Assembly (NCBI GenBank): GCA_963693365.1
Contig: CAVNZM010000006.1
Coordinates: 9,923,355 to 9,987,354, forward strand
Origin: Amoebidium appalachense
Lineage: Eukaryota > Protista > Ichthyosporea
DNA: 64,000 nt
Direction: 5' to 3'
Made by a program: the position numbers and the translations under genes. Each line of letters opens with the position of its first letter. Position 1 is the stretch's first letter. The notes under the pieces were generated by a model. That model did not search any database. It was not told where the DNA came from and saw only the letters and a list, made by a program, of their open reading frames with translations. Below are positions 25,776 to 39,729 of the stretch, in pieces.

Positions 25776-26606
25776 AAAAGAAAAAAAAGAAGAAAAAAAC
25801 ACACACACACACACACATGGGACGGTGGTACCGAACTCCCCCTTCCCCTCCCCCTCCCCCCCCCCAAAAAAAAGGGGAAGGCGAAGGGGTTAAGGTAGGC
25901 GTTGAAAGATTGGTGCTAAAAGTGGCCAGAAGTTCTTGCTATCTCTGTCCCGCCAACTCAGGGATTTTGTGGGGGGGGGGGGGGGGGGGGGGGGGGGGGT
26001 AATCAAGCACAGCTTGGCCAAGATTCTCTCCCTGTGGCTGCAGATTCCGACACATCCATGACCCACTTATCACTTATTGCAACACTCATGCTTTTTGGGT
26101 GCCGTTGCATGTATATGATTCGGCTAGATAGATGCCTATTCTGGGGATGGTGCTGACGGTTGGTCTGTGCAGGAACTGAGCAGCAAGTTCACGATGATCA
26201 ATATGGATGAGAGTGTCGACCCAGAGAAGCCTGAGTGGTCTCCTGGTATCCACCCCTGCCGGATCCTTTTATACACACACACACACACGTTCACTCACTC
26301 ACTGACACACACTCACACACTCGCTTACACACACTGGCTCACAACACTCTTATGCACATACACGGACGCGTACACACATGCACATAAACTACACGTGTGT
26401 GCACTGACCCAACTACACCCGCACCTGCTCGGCGCTGCATGTGGTGCTCAGCTCCATCAACCACATCTTCTCTTACAAGCGCACATACAGAACAACAGTA
26501 TACGGGTGTGATTGCTTGTGTATGTGTACATATGTGTATGCTTGCGTGCACGTGGGGGCAATCTGGCATGCGACCGAAATGACGTGGGTACCATCCATCA
26601 ACAGGT

Positions 26607-26689
<83 letters not shown>

Positions 26690-26724
26690 CACATGCACAT
26701 GCACATGCACATGCACATGTACAT

Positions 26725-26783
<59 letters not shown>

Positions 26784-27101
26784 CACATGCACATGCACAT
26801 GCACATATTCACACACACATCCACACAGCTACACACAGTTTTTTGTCCCAAAGGATCTCTATGCCCGTACATGTGGTAAAATGAATTAACTCCGTTCTGT
26901 CCGTTCCACTATTTTACAGCTAAAATACCGCAAGATTTACGAAATGCACAATTGGTTTTTTTTTTTGTTTTTTTTTTGTTTTTGTTTTTTTGCGCCGGGG
27001 GGGGGGGGGGGGGGGGGATATGAAGAGAACGAGAAGAGGAGGAAGTGATTTGGAACGGGTACAGACTTGTGGTGGTGGGCTTGGGGTGGGTGTGTGTGTG
27101 T

Positions 27102-27133
<32 letters not shown>

Positions 27134-27513
27134 ATATCTGTCGTTTCCATAGTGAAACGGTAAAGATGTGCAGGTGGGAAGGACTGTGAACCGATTTTTT
27201 GAAACGTATGCAAATATTGTGTTTTTGACTCGGCCTTCTTCCTTCAGATGGTGGCTATGTTCCGCGCACGCTCTTCCTTTCGCCCAAGGGTGAGGTGCAG
27301 AAAGACATCATCAACGTGGGGGGCAACGAAAAGTACAAGTACTACTACCCCACCACTGACGGGATCGTCAAGTCCATGAAGACGGCCCTGGAGAGATTTG
27401 CGCCAAAGGAGGAACAGGAGGTCCCGGTAGTGACGGAGGAGGAGGGAGAGGCACCAGTGGAAGGGGGGCAGACGGGGGGGGAAGAGAAGGTGGATACTAA
27501 GGATGAGTTGTAG
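23820..27513 (+). CDS. TXNDC12: ER-resident thioredoxin, TXNDC12/ERp18-like, 4 exons
   Basis: Exons 23820-23930, 24776-24895, 26173-26245 and 27248-27513 encode a signal peptide, then [49 protein letters not shown] and a C-terminal KDEL-stop. Confidence 0.93.
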
Positions 27514-27881
27514 AGGTGGTGTGGGTTTGAAGGGCTATGAGACTGCGTGTGGGAATATATTTTTATCTTTTACTATGATCTTGTGTTATGACATAGTTTA
27601 GTGCAACGTGATGGTAAGGCATGTGCATTGTTGTGGGGCATTGCTGGCTGGGTGTTCTGTGGCATCGGTTCGTACCTATGTGTGTTATGGTCTGCAATGC
27701 AATCAGTACCTGGCGCGTATGACTTACATTTTTTGTTTGCTATTGGCTAATATACATTCAATACTGTATGTGGTTTTATCTCGTGTCCCCTTTACTATTC
27801 GCTATTCGTCGCTCCGCAATAAAGAATCACAAACCTTGGAGAGCCGACTTCATATGCCTGAGACTCGTCCTCCCCCCCCCC

Positions 27882-27933
<52 letters not shown>

Positions 27934-28238
27934 ACCACCACCACCACCATCACCCACCTACCCACCCACCCACCCACCCAACCCCACCACCACCACCACC
28001 ACCACCACACACGTGTGTGTGTGTGCGCGCACACACACTTGATATATGAGGGGAAAGGGGGAGGGGGGGGGAGGGGGGGGGGGGTATATAAAAGAAAATG
28101 GGGGGGGAAGGGAAATTTGACTCTGCTGCCACGCAGTCCTGAATAGGATGCATTAGTTGTGTTGGTTTTAGCATGTATGCTTTGCATTTTTCTGTGAGAC
28201 TTGCACAAATTCTTCGAACGTTAACTGCGGATACCCCC

Positions 28239-28269
<31 letters not shown>

Positions 28270-28625
28270 AAAAAAAAAAAAAGGAAGAAAAAAAAAAAAA
28301 AAAAACCACCCTCCCGTCTACCGAAGCGACAGTTGTGCACCTTGGTCTTCAAGTTGCCACCCTTTAGCTGCGTATACACAAGTACTAGCAGCCTGTGTAG
28401 CCAACTAAATAAATGTGCTTCATTTCTTACTTTACAACCATATGCCGGGGCCGCAGACTATGCCTCATTTTCATTCTAACTCTTTTACAATCTGTGGGTA
28501 ACAATTCTTGACACAGTTGTCTGTGCACCACACCAAAAACTCGTCACGTTAAAATCGACTGCCAGTGCCCTCCCTCCTCCCCCCACCCCCCTTCTATTTA
28601 GCTGCCGATCGGCAACCTTCCATAT

Positions 28626-28852
28626 TTATACCAGTGGGCCTTCAGGGCCTGGGAATGACACCAGGTGACCCAGAATAAACCAAAGTCGAAGCTCAACTGG
28701 TGCGGGGGGAACCACAACGTACGGAATAGCCTGGGACTCCAAAACATAAATAAAATCCCTGTAGAATTCGAGAGATTTCTCGAGTGTGCCTGGCAGTAGC
28801 CGAACTCCGTCGTCATTTCTTGTGCTCTCATCTGGCTTGAACAGGAAGACGG
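28626..28852 (-). pseudogene. Orphan terminal exon resembling the C-terminal half of a NadR-type / AAA_28 P-loop kinase
   Basis: VFLFKPDESTRNDDGVRL..SLEFYRDFIYVLESQAIPYVVVPPAPVELRLWFIL matches the recalled pattern VFLLxP..DDGVR..L....PY..V....EER..FI. Acceptor ctttag at 28853. No Walker A exon found upstream. Confidence 0.5.
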
Positions 28853-30749
28853 CTAAAGTCCAAGCCCACGAATGTAACCTCCCCCCCCCCCCCCCCCCTC
28901 CCCCCTCATCCACCCCACCCACCCATCCACCCGCCCTCTTCCCGGGGCACACACACCCCTTTCTGTTTTCCCCCTTTGGGTTTTCTTGCCAGGCTCATCG
29001 CTAGTGTGTGTGTGTGGCTGAATGTAGCCGGATGACCAGCATGTGGTTTAACACTTACACCCCCCCCGACCCCGATCCTCACCACCCACCCCCCTTTGCC
29101 GAACACACACACACACACAAACACACACACACGTGAGCATTGCGCACAATTGTGGAAGCGGACCATAATGCACTTGGGCATACACACACACAACACACAC
29201 ACACACACACACACACTTCGACCATTCCTTAGCAGCACCCTCCCTCTTCCATGCCTGCACCCTCACTCCTTCTCACAAAACCGGCACCCCATCCACTCCT
29301 AATCCATTCTAACAATTCCGACTCCCACTGCTCCTTTCCTGACTTTTTTTTGACCATTTGATCAGAGTCTTTGTTGACTATCTCAGAACCACAATAATAT
29401 GAGCGCTCATGCCCCGTTGTTACTGTGCCCCCCTCCCCCCCCCCCCCCCCCCCCCCCCCCCCTCTCCCCTCCTCCCTTCCCCCCCCCTCCCCCCCTCTCC
29501 GGGACCCACCCCCCCGCACCCATGATCGTTCACACCTTTACACCTGCACGATCAGTTTTTTGTGTGCTGGGGTGAAGATCTACTGCCTCGCAAGACGGTC
29601 CCCCCCTGCATCTATAATGCTCCGCGTGCACGAAAAAGCGCGAAAATTGGGCAGGACGATATGATTGGCTACTTTGCACGCCACAGCAATGCAAGTCTGG
29701 GCCGGCTATCCCGGGCCTATCTCTACTGGGCTGCAAGAAAGGACAAAGGTCCGAGCTGCAACGAGTGTTTGGAGATAAACAGGTTGGCACCCATTCTTCC
29801 CTTTTAAACTGCAACAATGGCATTCAAGCGATTCCGAGCATGTATATTTGGTTTGACTCTTTCTCCTTCCCGCACCATCCACCGGATCATCTCTTGATCA
29901 TAATTGAGGTTTACAGACGCTAAGAAAGCAGGATGTGCAAAGAACTGAAACGGGAAAACCCCCCACGATATTATGACACAAGCATTCGCTTCCCACAGTC
30001 GGGACCAGACTTGATATTGACTTTCGGAGATCGAGCCAAGGGCCCATTTCTGACCAGACCCCCCCCCCCCCCCCCCCCCCCCCCTTCCCCCCTCTCCCGG
30101 TGCAGTCTCTTCTCACTGGCTGTTGATGGGGGCTCTGTAACCATCCCCCCACATCTACTACCTGCCACCCAATCCGAAGCTGCCGATAAAAATTTGACAG
30201 TGGCAGACCATTTGGTGGCTGTGGCCGAGGAGGAAAGGAGAAAAGACAGCGGCCTGTGTGGTCCAGTCGGTGACGGTGGGCACCCCTCTCCTCACTTTGC
30301 ATCCCCACTGCCCCAGACTCTCCCCCCTCTGCCCAACCCTTCCCCCCCATCCCCTCCCTCTTCCACCCACCCCGACCCCCTCCCTTCTGTCCCCCTAACA
30401 TTAAATCCCACGACTCCTCCGTAACCCACCCTGATCAACTTTCTTTTAGGCTGATTGGAAGCGCCCCTCCCACCCACAACCTATTTATTCGTTTACTCTT
30501 TGGACTCTTGACAAATATCTCTTTTGCAGTGTCGTGGGTCACAGAGGAGACCCTGGAAGAATTGCCCCAATCAGATGACTGCAATATCAGCGACTACCAA
30601 CTCTTCAACCTGATTGGTCGGTGGTGTGATAAAAGTGGTGTTGATCCTTCGTTCTACTGGCCATATCGACTTTGGCTCTTTCAACGAAGATCAGGTGAAC
30701 CCCTCCTTCCCCCCCCCCCCCCCCCCCCCTTCTCCCTACTTCTTCCAAC

Positions 30750-30822
<73 letters not shown>

Positions 30823-31279
30823 CGCCGTCCCTTCTCTCTTTCTTTCTCTCCGGTTTTCCTCATTCCTCTTCTGCTTAACCATGCCCCCTCCCCCCCTTAC
30901 CCCCAAGCCCCTCCTCCTCCCTGTCCGGCTCGTCTGACCGCAATCTCCAGGAAAGAAAATGTTTGAGCGCATTAATTCACCATACTATTGCCATGTGGTG
31001 GAGATACCAGGTCTATGTAGTAGTGACAGCGCCGGGAAGGGGGGGGGGGGGGGAAAGGGGGGAGGTTGGGGGGGGGGAGGGCTTTGTGTGGGTCCCACGC
31101 AGGCTGTGGGTGGATGGCTGAATCTAGCTGTGGATGTGGGTTGAAAGTGGTTGGGTGTGTGCATTGCGAGCGGGTTAATGATTTGGAAGGTAGGGGGAGG
31201 AAAGGGGGGAAGGGGCACTCTATATTTTGTATATTTTTTTTTTTCGAGGCGGGGGAGGGGAAGGGAGGGGGGAGGGGGA

Positions 31280-31312
<33 letters not shown>

Positions 31313-31858
31313 TATGTGGCATGGGAGCATGAGGGCCAAGTAGTTGACGGATATTTATCTACACAGCGCCGGCATGCAGTCAGCTGTGGAGTCCCCCCAT
31401 CGCTCTTGCGCAATGCCCTGACCATGTCTGGTAGGTGCACCACCGAAGGGGGCAAGGGGGGGGGGGGAGGGGCGGGGGCCGGGGGGGAGGGGGACGGGGG
31501 GAGATTAACACGAGAGGGGATATTATCTGCTGATCGGTTGATCGCGTTGGTTGTCGCCTTCCGACTCCCCCGTCCCCCCCCCCCCCCCCCCCCCCCCTCC
31601 CCCCCCCCCCCCCCCCCCCACCCCGCCCCTTGGCCCGACCCTTCTGTCCCTCCCCGCGACAACCCACAAAATTGTTCTTTTTGCTTCTCTTTGTCACCCC
31701 GTTTTTGCCCCGTTGAAACATTCTACTCTAAGCGTATCTCCATCGCTCATCATGGCCTCAGAAATCTCATAATGTGCTCCCCTCCCCTATTCCTCCCCCC
31801 CCCCCCCCCCCCCCTTCCCCCCTCCCCCCCCCCCCCCCCCCCCCGGCCCACACGCACA

Positions 31859-31897
<39 letters not shown>

Positions 31898-32168
31898 CCA
31901 CCCACACACACAGACCTTCTGGGCAGCAGTGATCTCCTCCACTTCCACCTAGACGTGCCCACTCTCCAATTGGCAGCTGCAGTCACGTGACACCCACGTG
32001 GCACTCCCTGCCGTCAGCACAGCCCTGGCCACCTACCCCCAGACCCTCCTTGTGTTTCGTGCCAGTGCCCATCTTGTATTTGCTCTGTTTGTGAAGGGCA
32101 CGCTGGAGCCCAATGTGGACCATGTGTCGAATGGCCGTGCCATTGTGTTTGTCTTTGCGGGCGTGTGC

Positions 32169-32209
<41 letters not shown>

Positions 32210-33076
32210 ATACACACACACACACACGGCTTGCAAACAAATCCGGACAACGAATCCACTTCCAAATATTTTCTCCTACATTGTTCCGTGCTTTTCAGCG
32301 TCCTTGAGTTTAAGTGCCCTGGAGACCTGCCTTTCTCCCCTCGCTTCCCATACCACCTCAACCCCCCCGGCTTGACCCCCACTATTTGGTTCATCTCAAA
32401 GTACTGCAGGAAGCCATGCCCGAGGCTGCCTACCCTTCTCCCGAAGTTCTGGGTCCCTTAATTACTTGGCCATGATTGCTCATTCACCCCCCCCCCCCCC
32501 CCCCCCCCCCACCCCCCACCTCCCAACCCCCCGCCCGTCCCCCCACACACAAACACCACCCTCACCCCTCCCTTCCGTACTGCCTTAATCCCTCCCCTCG
32601 TTGTCCCATCCCTCCTGCCACCCTCACTCTTGACCTGCATACATTGGGCCCGTATTCTAATCTCGACCCAGATCTCCCTATCCATTCCTTCCGATCTATG
32701 GCACACCTCCCTACGATGCCTGTTGGTGAAACCTCGTTTTTTCGGCCCCCTTTTTTGGTTTCCACCTTTTATGTTGCATTGAGGCACATGGTTATGCCAT
32801 ACTTGCTTATTAATTTCTTTTCTTTTTTTTTTTTTCCTTTTCCTTTTTTTTTTTTTTTTTTTTGGCCTTTTTTCAGGAGGGCAACGGCAAAAGATCATAC
32901 TGAAAGACGACCACACGTTGCACCACAACGAAAATATTTTGGAGATTTTACGGGGAGAGCGCAGGCGCACGTTTGTGTTCTTACAAAGGTCCATTGCACA
33001 AGGTACAACACCCCCCTCCCCCCATCCATCCCACCCACCCCACCCCACACCCCCATCCCCACCCCAACCCCCTTGC

Positions 33077-33113
<37 letters not shown>

Positions 33114-34030
33114 TCTGTGTGTAGGGGTCTACCCACCTGGGCCTCCTTCCCCAATACCCCCTCCACTCTCCTTACTCCTTGCTCATCTTCCAGCGGCTCC
33201 CCTTCACCTATTCTCCCCCCTTACCACCAAACAACGGAACCGTTCCCCCCTTTCCCCCCTCCCCTCCCTCCCACCTCCCCCCCCTCCCCCCCTTCCCCCC
33301 CCCCCCCCCCTGAGTTCTTTCTCCTTGCCGTTGCAACCATAGCCCTATTAGTATTCCAAGGCCGGCACTACATGCACCATTTTCTAAACCCTTATTCTTG
33401 GGCACATTTTCAAACCTTTACGACTAACCCACTTCTGTTCGTTCCCTTACCCAACTCCCCCGATCTCTCCTGCGATTCAAACACCCCCCCACCTTCCCCC
33501 ACCCCCTCCCTCCTCCCTCCCTCTCCCCCCCCGGGTTTTTTTTTCCATGCCTCTTCGGTCTCCCAGAATGTCTCAGATGTTCGTACCGGGACTTGCCCCA
33601 ATGTTGATTTTACCTTTAAAGCGACTATCAGAGGTGATAGAGGAGGGGTGGTGGTGGTTTGGGGGGGGGGGGGGGGGGGGGAGGGGGAAGAGGGGAGGAG
33701 GGGAGGAAAGGAGGGAAGCAGGGGGCGGATAGGCAGGGATTCTGACAGATGCAAAGCATGTGCATGCTGGTTGGCCGGGGGCAAATATGAGGTTTTGATC
33801 AAGCCTTTATATGTTTGAATCTATTGAAAAGCACGTCTAAAAACCGAAATCACATCGATACACTCAAAAATGCATTTTTTCCTGTCAGGGGCTGCCGCCA
33901 GGAGGGGAGGTCCACCTAAGAGAGTTGAACTGAACGAGGTCACTTAGGAGATGGAAGTTGCAACGGTAGACCTGACGAGGTTTGAGAGGCAGAACAGGTG
34001 CGTGGTTGTGTAATCTGGGGCACTGGTGGT

Positions 34031-34074
<44 letters not shown>

Positions 34075-34345
34075 CGCGCGTGCGTGCGTGCGTGCGTGCG
34101 TGCGTTGGGGGAGGACGCGGGGATGGGGGGGGGGGGGGGGGGGGAGGGGCATTCGATTGGCTTTTTATGCCCATATTTCTTGTTGTCATCCGCCCCCTCC
34201 CCCCCCCCCCCACACACACACACACCAACTCCACCCTACCCAACACGACCACAGCCACCACCACCCACACACCCACCACCACCACTACTACCACAACACA
34301 TCACCACAAACCAGACCACCACCACCACCACGCACACACACACAT

Positions 34346-34441
<96 letters not shown>

Positions 34442-35465
34442 ACACACCACAACCACCACCTCCTCCTCCTTCACAAACACCCAAACCTGACCCAATCATC
34501 CCAACCATTCCAGGCTCGGCACTCTACGCAGGGCACCCACCCAATCAATGAGCTCTATGTCGTCAGCAACCGCCTTGAGGTTGCAACACGTGACTATCTG
34601 CAACTCGACCAATTAAATGTTTCTATTTCCACCTCGCTGGCCAATGAGAAGCCGTGGCATGAGGAGGGTCAGGGGTTTGGAATGGGAGAGTGGGTGGTGT
34701 GTGTGGATGATGGTGTGGAGAAGGTTGAAAGAGCTGTGAAAGGTGAGTGTGTATGTCCCAATGTACATGTGTGTGCGCGCATGGATTGTGTGTATGTGTG
34801 TGGATGCATTGACTTGCTGTGTCCGTGTGTGTGTGTGGATGGATTTGCTTTGTGCATGCAGGTGTGAATGTGTGTGAGCGCATGTAGCGCCATGAGGTTT
34901 GACCACTAGTGTGTCCGGGGAGATGGGGAGGGGCGAGGGGGGGTGGAGGGAGGGAGGGTATCATGGGTGGGAGTGAAAAGCATGAATGGGTTGGGTTGGT
35001 TTTATACGCCACGGACACGTTCCCAGCGGCATTTCAGCAGACGAGTACTCAGCCTAAGCAGACTGAGAGAGTTGGCCAAAAGGGTAACGGTGGGGAGTGA
35101 AGTGTTTTAGGAAAGCACGGCACACCGTATGTGCAATGCACACCCTCATAAGTCTCTTCACAGTGATATTCGGGGGACCTGGGGGTACCAACACTGCTAT
35201 GGGCTCCACCCTCATGTCCTTCATCACCGATTGCTGCAACAGGCACCATCCAAAGGCTGCAGTAGTCGCTCTCTACCATGTAAGCCCCTCCAGCCCCCCC
35301 CCCCCCCTAGCCCCCACCTCCCACACACCCACTTACTCACAAACCCAGATGTAAGACCCACTACCATCCACCACCACCACCACTGCCACCCACAGCCTCT
35401 TCTCCCTCTGAGACTCGCGGGGGTGAAGGGGTAAAGTCGTACGTGTCTGTGTATGTTTTTTTTTT

Positions 35466-35496
<31 letters not shown>

Positions 35497-35725
35497 GGGG
35501 GGGGAGAAAAACGGGGGAGGAGGGGGAGGGGGGAGGGGAGGAGTGCAACCATATGTGCGCACCATCGAGGGCATATGACGTGCAGCTACTACGACTGTTG
35601 CATTACAGATGGCCCAGGTGTGCGGTGGCCCTCCAGTGGATGCCTGCCTCAAGATCTTGGCCTGTTGTGCCCAGACAGGCTGCCATCTGCAGTACTGCAG
35701 CGTGCTAACTGACATGCTGGCAAGT

Positions 35726-35772
<47 letters not shown>

Positions 35773-35843
35773 CCGCCCCCCACCTGACCTCCCCCCGGAA
35801 CAACAATAACCACCCTTCTCGCCCCACCTCATTCGCCTTCCGC

Positions 35844-35883
<40 letters not shown>

Positions 35884-36625
35884 CTCCCCCTCGTCTCCCC
35901 CCCCTCCCCCCCGTCCCCCCCCTTTCCTTTCGGTACTCCCCGCTGCTCTGTCTCCTCTTGCCCCGGGAAGCGGGAAGAGTGACTGACTGCTTGAAAAGGA
36001 AAGACTACACCTGCTCACAACCACATACTCCCCCCCCCCCCTCTCCCCCCGCTCTCCCACTACAACCACACACACACACACACACACAGGATGCACATCC
36101 AGGTATTCTACCGCATCTCACCGTCACCCGCACTGCGCTGGCAATTGTGGGTTCCAATCCCATTTCTGCCCTCTCAGTCTACGGGCCAGTCTTTGCACCG
36201 TGCCTGGAGTCACATTCTGTCGATGAGTTCTGAGATGTGGACAAAGGTTCACTCCCATCGTCCCCCCCGTTCCCCTTTTCTGGCTTCAATGCCTGTCAGA
36301 TCCTTGTTGCTTCGTTGCTTTCTTACCATTTGCACCTCACTGCATCTCCGTGTGTCTCTCTGCGAATAGCTCCGGCACACCTTTCTATAATGGGTGGTGC
36401 ATATCTCACGTTCTGCAGGTGGTGGTTTTTGCGCGTTTATCATTGATCGTGTGCATGTGTGTGGGTGCCCGCGCTCATGTGCATGTATGTGTGCCCGTGC
36501 TCGTGTACACGTATCCGTGTGTGCGCGTGTGTGCGTGTGCATCTTAGTATGTGGGCACACGCCCTATTTAGCCCTATACACTGGGATCTCCGACCCACCC
36601 ACCCACCCACCCGATCTCCCTCTCC

Positions 36626-36661
<36 letters not shown>

Positions 36662-37247
36662 AGCCCCCCTCTCCATCCCATCAACACTTTTTCCTTCCCC
36701 TTTTTGAGGAGCCCCGGCCAACCACCCCACTTTGTTGTTAACTAAATGTGTGGGTGGTGTAGGAGTGGTGCGGTTTATGTAAAGAAAATGGCAGATTTGT
36801 GGTACATAGGCGAAGCATTTATGATGGGTGAAAGTGTGGTGATGGTGGCGGTGGTGGGGTGGTGATAGTTAAGTAACAATACAGAAAAGGTAAAACACAG
36901 ACTTTAAACGAGGGCCAACAACTTTGGCTCCTACCCATTGCACGGGCTTTGATCCCCCCCATCCCCCTCTCCCCCCCTCCCCCGGCCTCCCCCCGTTCCC
37001 CGGGTCCATTTCCCCCTTTCATTATAGTCTCCCACTCTTTGTGCCCAACAGGTTACATAACGGTTGCCCTGGGCAATGTGAACACTGTGTCGTACTTAAT
37101 CACCTATCCACGTACCAATCTCACGCTTTATCCCCCGTACAGCTGCCCCTCACCCATGTGCCCACGTGGCTATGCAGTGCTGGGAGGTGGGTGGTGTGTG
37201 TGTGCGTGCGTGCGCGTGCGTGCGTGCGTGCGTGCGTGTGTGCGTGC

Positions 37248-37312
<65 letters not shown>

Positions 37313-38009
37313 ATGGTATGGTTTATTCAGCGTGTGTGTTGGGTTTGAATTTGTCACTGTGAACACACTGATATGTGGTAGTGCTGAAGGCTGTTGCACA
37401 TACACATGAAACTACATTTGTACTTCACAGGGCAAAAACAGACACACACACACAAGCACAGAGAGGGAAAGTGGGGGATACAGTTTAGCTAAAGGCTGGT
37501 AGTACACACACACACGCACACACACACAAACATACACAAGAACTTTTAAAGATTATCGCATTATGTATGTCCACACAGCAGATTTACACCCACGTACTAA
37601 TAACGGATTCACACACACACACACACACACACACCCTATTCCACTGTGTTCTAACAACAAAAGGGCTTCCCCAGATTATCCGTGCCGAGATCTACAGCAC
37701 TCCATCATTGGTGTCCTTCCCAACCACCAACAACGAAGGCATCCCCCCCCCCCCCCCACACACACACACCCCTCCCCCCCTCCCCTTCCCCCCCCCATTG
37801 CCTTCGTACACACATACACGCGCGCGCACGCACACACGGGCGGGCGCACACACACACAAACACACACATACACACACACACACACACACCACACACACAC
37901 ACGCACACACACACAAACACACCCGCACGCACACGCGCGCGCACACACACATGTGTGTGTGTGTGTAGATATGGGGGTCAAATGATGGGGCGTGTTATAA
38001 TGGTAGTGT

Positions 38010-38160
<151 letters not shown>

Positions 38161-39249
38161 CACACTTATATATATCATGCGGGTCATCCAAGTTTCCAGT
38201 CATTGGTTCAACAGGTGTAGCCTAGCGATACCCAAGAAGGTAATCATCAACATAACCAAGTACCAGCCCACACGGTTTGTGTGGTTAAATTTGCTAACGA
38301 TAGTGGCAGTATAACGTTATCGGATGTAGCTATTGGCTAATGAGCCTACATGGTTGATTTACCGTGACTGTGTATTGATGTTGATGTAGCTACCACATAA
38401 TGCCGACCTACCTAACCAGGGGGCATGGCTGGTACCTCATATCTCTATGGGCTGCACATGGCCCTCCTGGCCACACTGGACACCCTCGAGGCCACTGCAG
38501 CCACCCAGGACACCCTCCAGTCCACATTTGACGGTCTGCCCTCTCCCCTCCCACCCCCACCCCAACACACACACACACACACTTCCCACCCCCCTCCCTC
38601 CCACCCCCCCCCTCCCCCCCCCCCTCCCCCCACGGGACCCCCGGAAACCGTGCCCGCCCATTGTCCCCTTTCCACCCTTCATGCTCACTGATCTGCATGG
38701 ACCTGCTAATTGTAAGCACTAGGATCCCCTCCCTTCCCCCCCCCCCCCCTCCGTCCTCCTCCTCCTCCTGGTGGCGCTTGCACATGACCCCTGTATTCGT
38801 TAACCTCTTCGTGCCGGCACTAGTTGATTTGCCTGGCAGACGGCCAGCTCTAAACAGCTCTAAACAACTCTATCGTGGCTCAAAATCGATAAAACAAGCT
38901 CAAATACATTGCAAATATCGACATGTATATGTCTTACCCACACACGTTTCCAAGTTGGTTTGGGCAAAAATCATTATTTCGTGTACTTTTGTATCTGTTT
39001 CTGCGTTTCTGAAGTTGACTATCTAGGGAAATTTGTTGGTATGAACAGGTTAAATGGCACAGTTTACCGAATTTCACCTCCTAGCTTATGGGCAGCACGA
39101 TTTGAACTATTTGCATGGCCCGATTTCACCACTGATGTTCTCGCAAACTTCTTCCGTTGCCCTTCTTCCCGTGACCGTTTACCCTCTCCCCCTCCCCTTC
39201 ACCCCATTTTCCATCATCAGTACGAGCTTCTCTCCGTGGCATCCCTGAA

Positions 39250-39292
<43 letters not shown>

Positions 39293-39642
39293 TCCTTCCC
39301 TCCTTCTCCCACTTCCTCTCTATCCTCCTTCCCCCCCATTCCCCAATCCCACCATAGACAGACACCCCTTGATTCTATCTCCCCAAATACCACTTCTGCA
39401 TTAGTACCATTTGCCTGCTTCAACATGTTTCAGCATCATACACGACTCCTCAGCCAAACCTCTTTAGTCCCTCACCACCCACACCCATGCAGATATGATG
39501 CAAGGGCTGGTCTCAAGTGCACCAGCTTCTTCTATCCGCAACCTGGGTGCACGTCTGACGGACCCAGAAACGAAAAAGAAGAAGATCTCTGTCGTTTTTC
39601 GTCCCACATGCACACCCATACCCGGCACATTTAGTCCCAGCC

Positions 39643-39729
39643 CAGCGGATATCATCCAGCTCACACTCAAGTGTCCTACAAATGGTCAGCGGATATCATC
39701 CAGCTCACACTCAAGTGTCCTACAAATGG
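39643..39729 (+). repeat. 44-bp exact tandem duplication inside an exon of the RdRP-helicase gene (frameshifting)
   Basis: cagcggatatcatccagctcacactcaagtgtcctacaaatgg occurs at 39643 and 39687. Confidence 0.95.

Noticed and set aside
33945-36233. In-frame TAG/TGA suggesting an alternative genetic code or selenocysteine
   Set aside because: TAG ends TXNDC12 right after KDEL and TGA ends Tim23. The stops fall in a gene that also has frameshifts.
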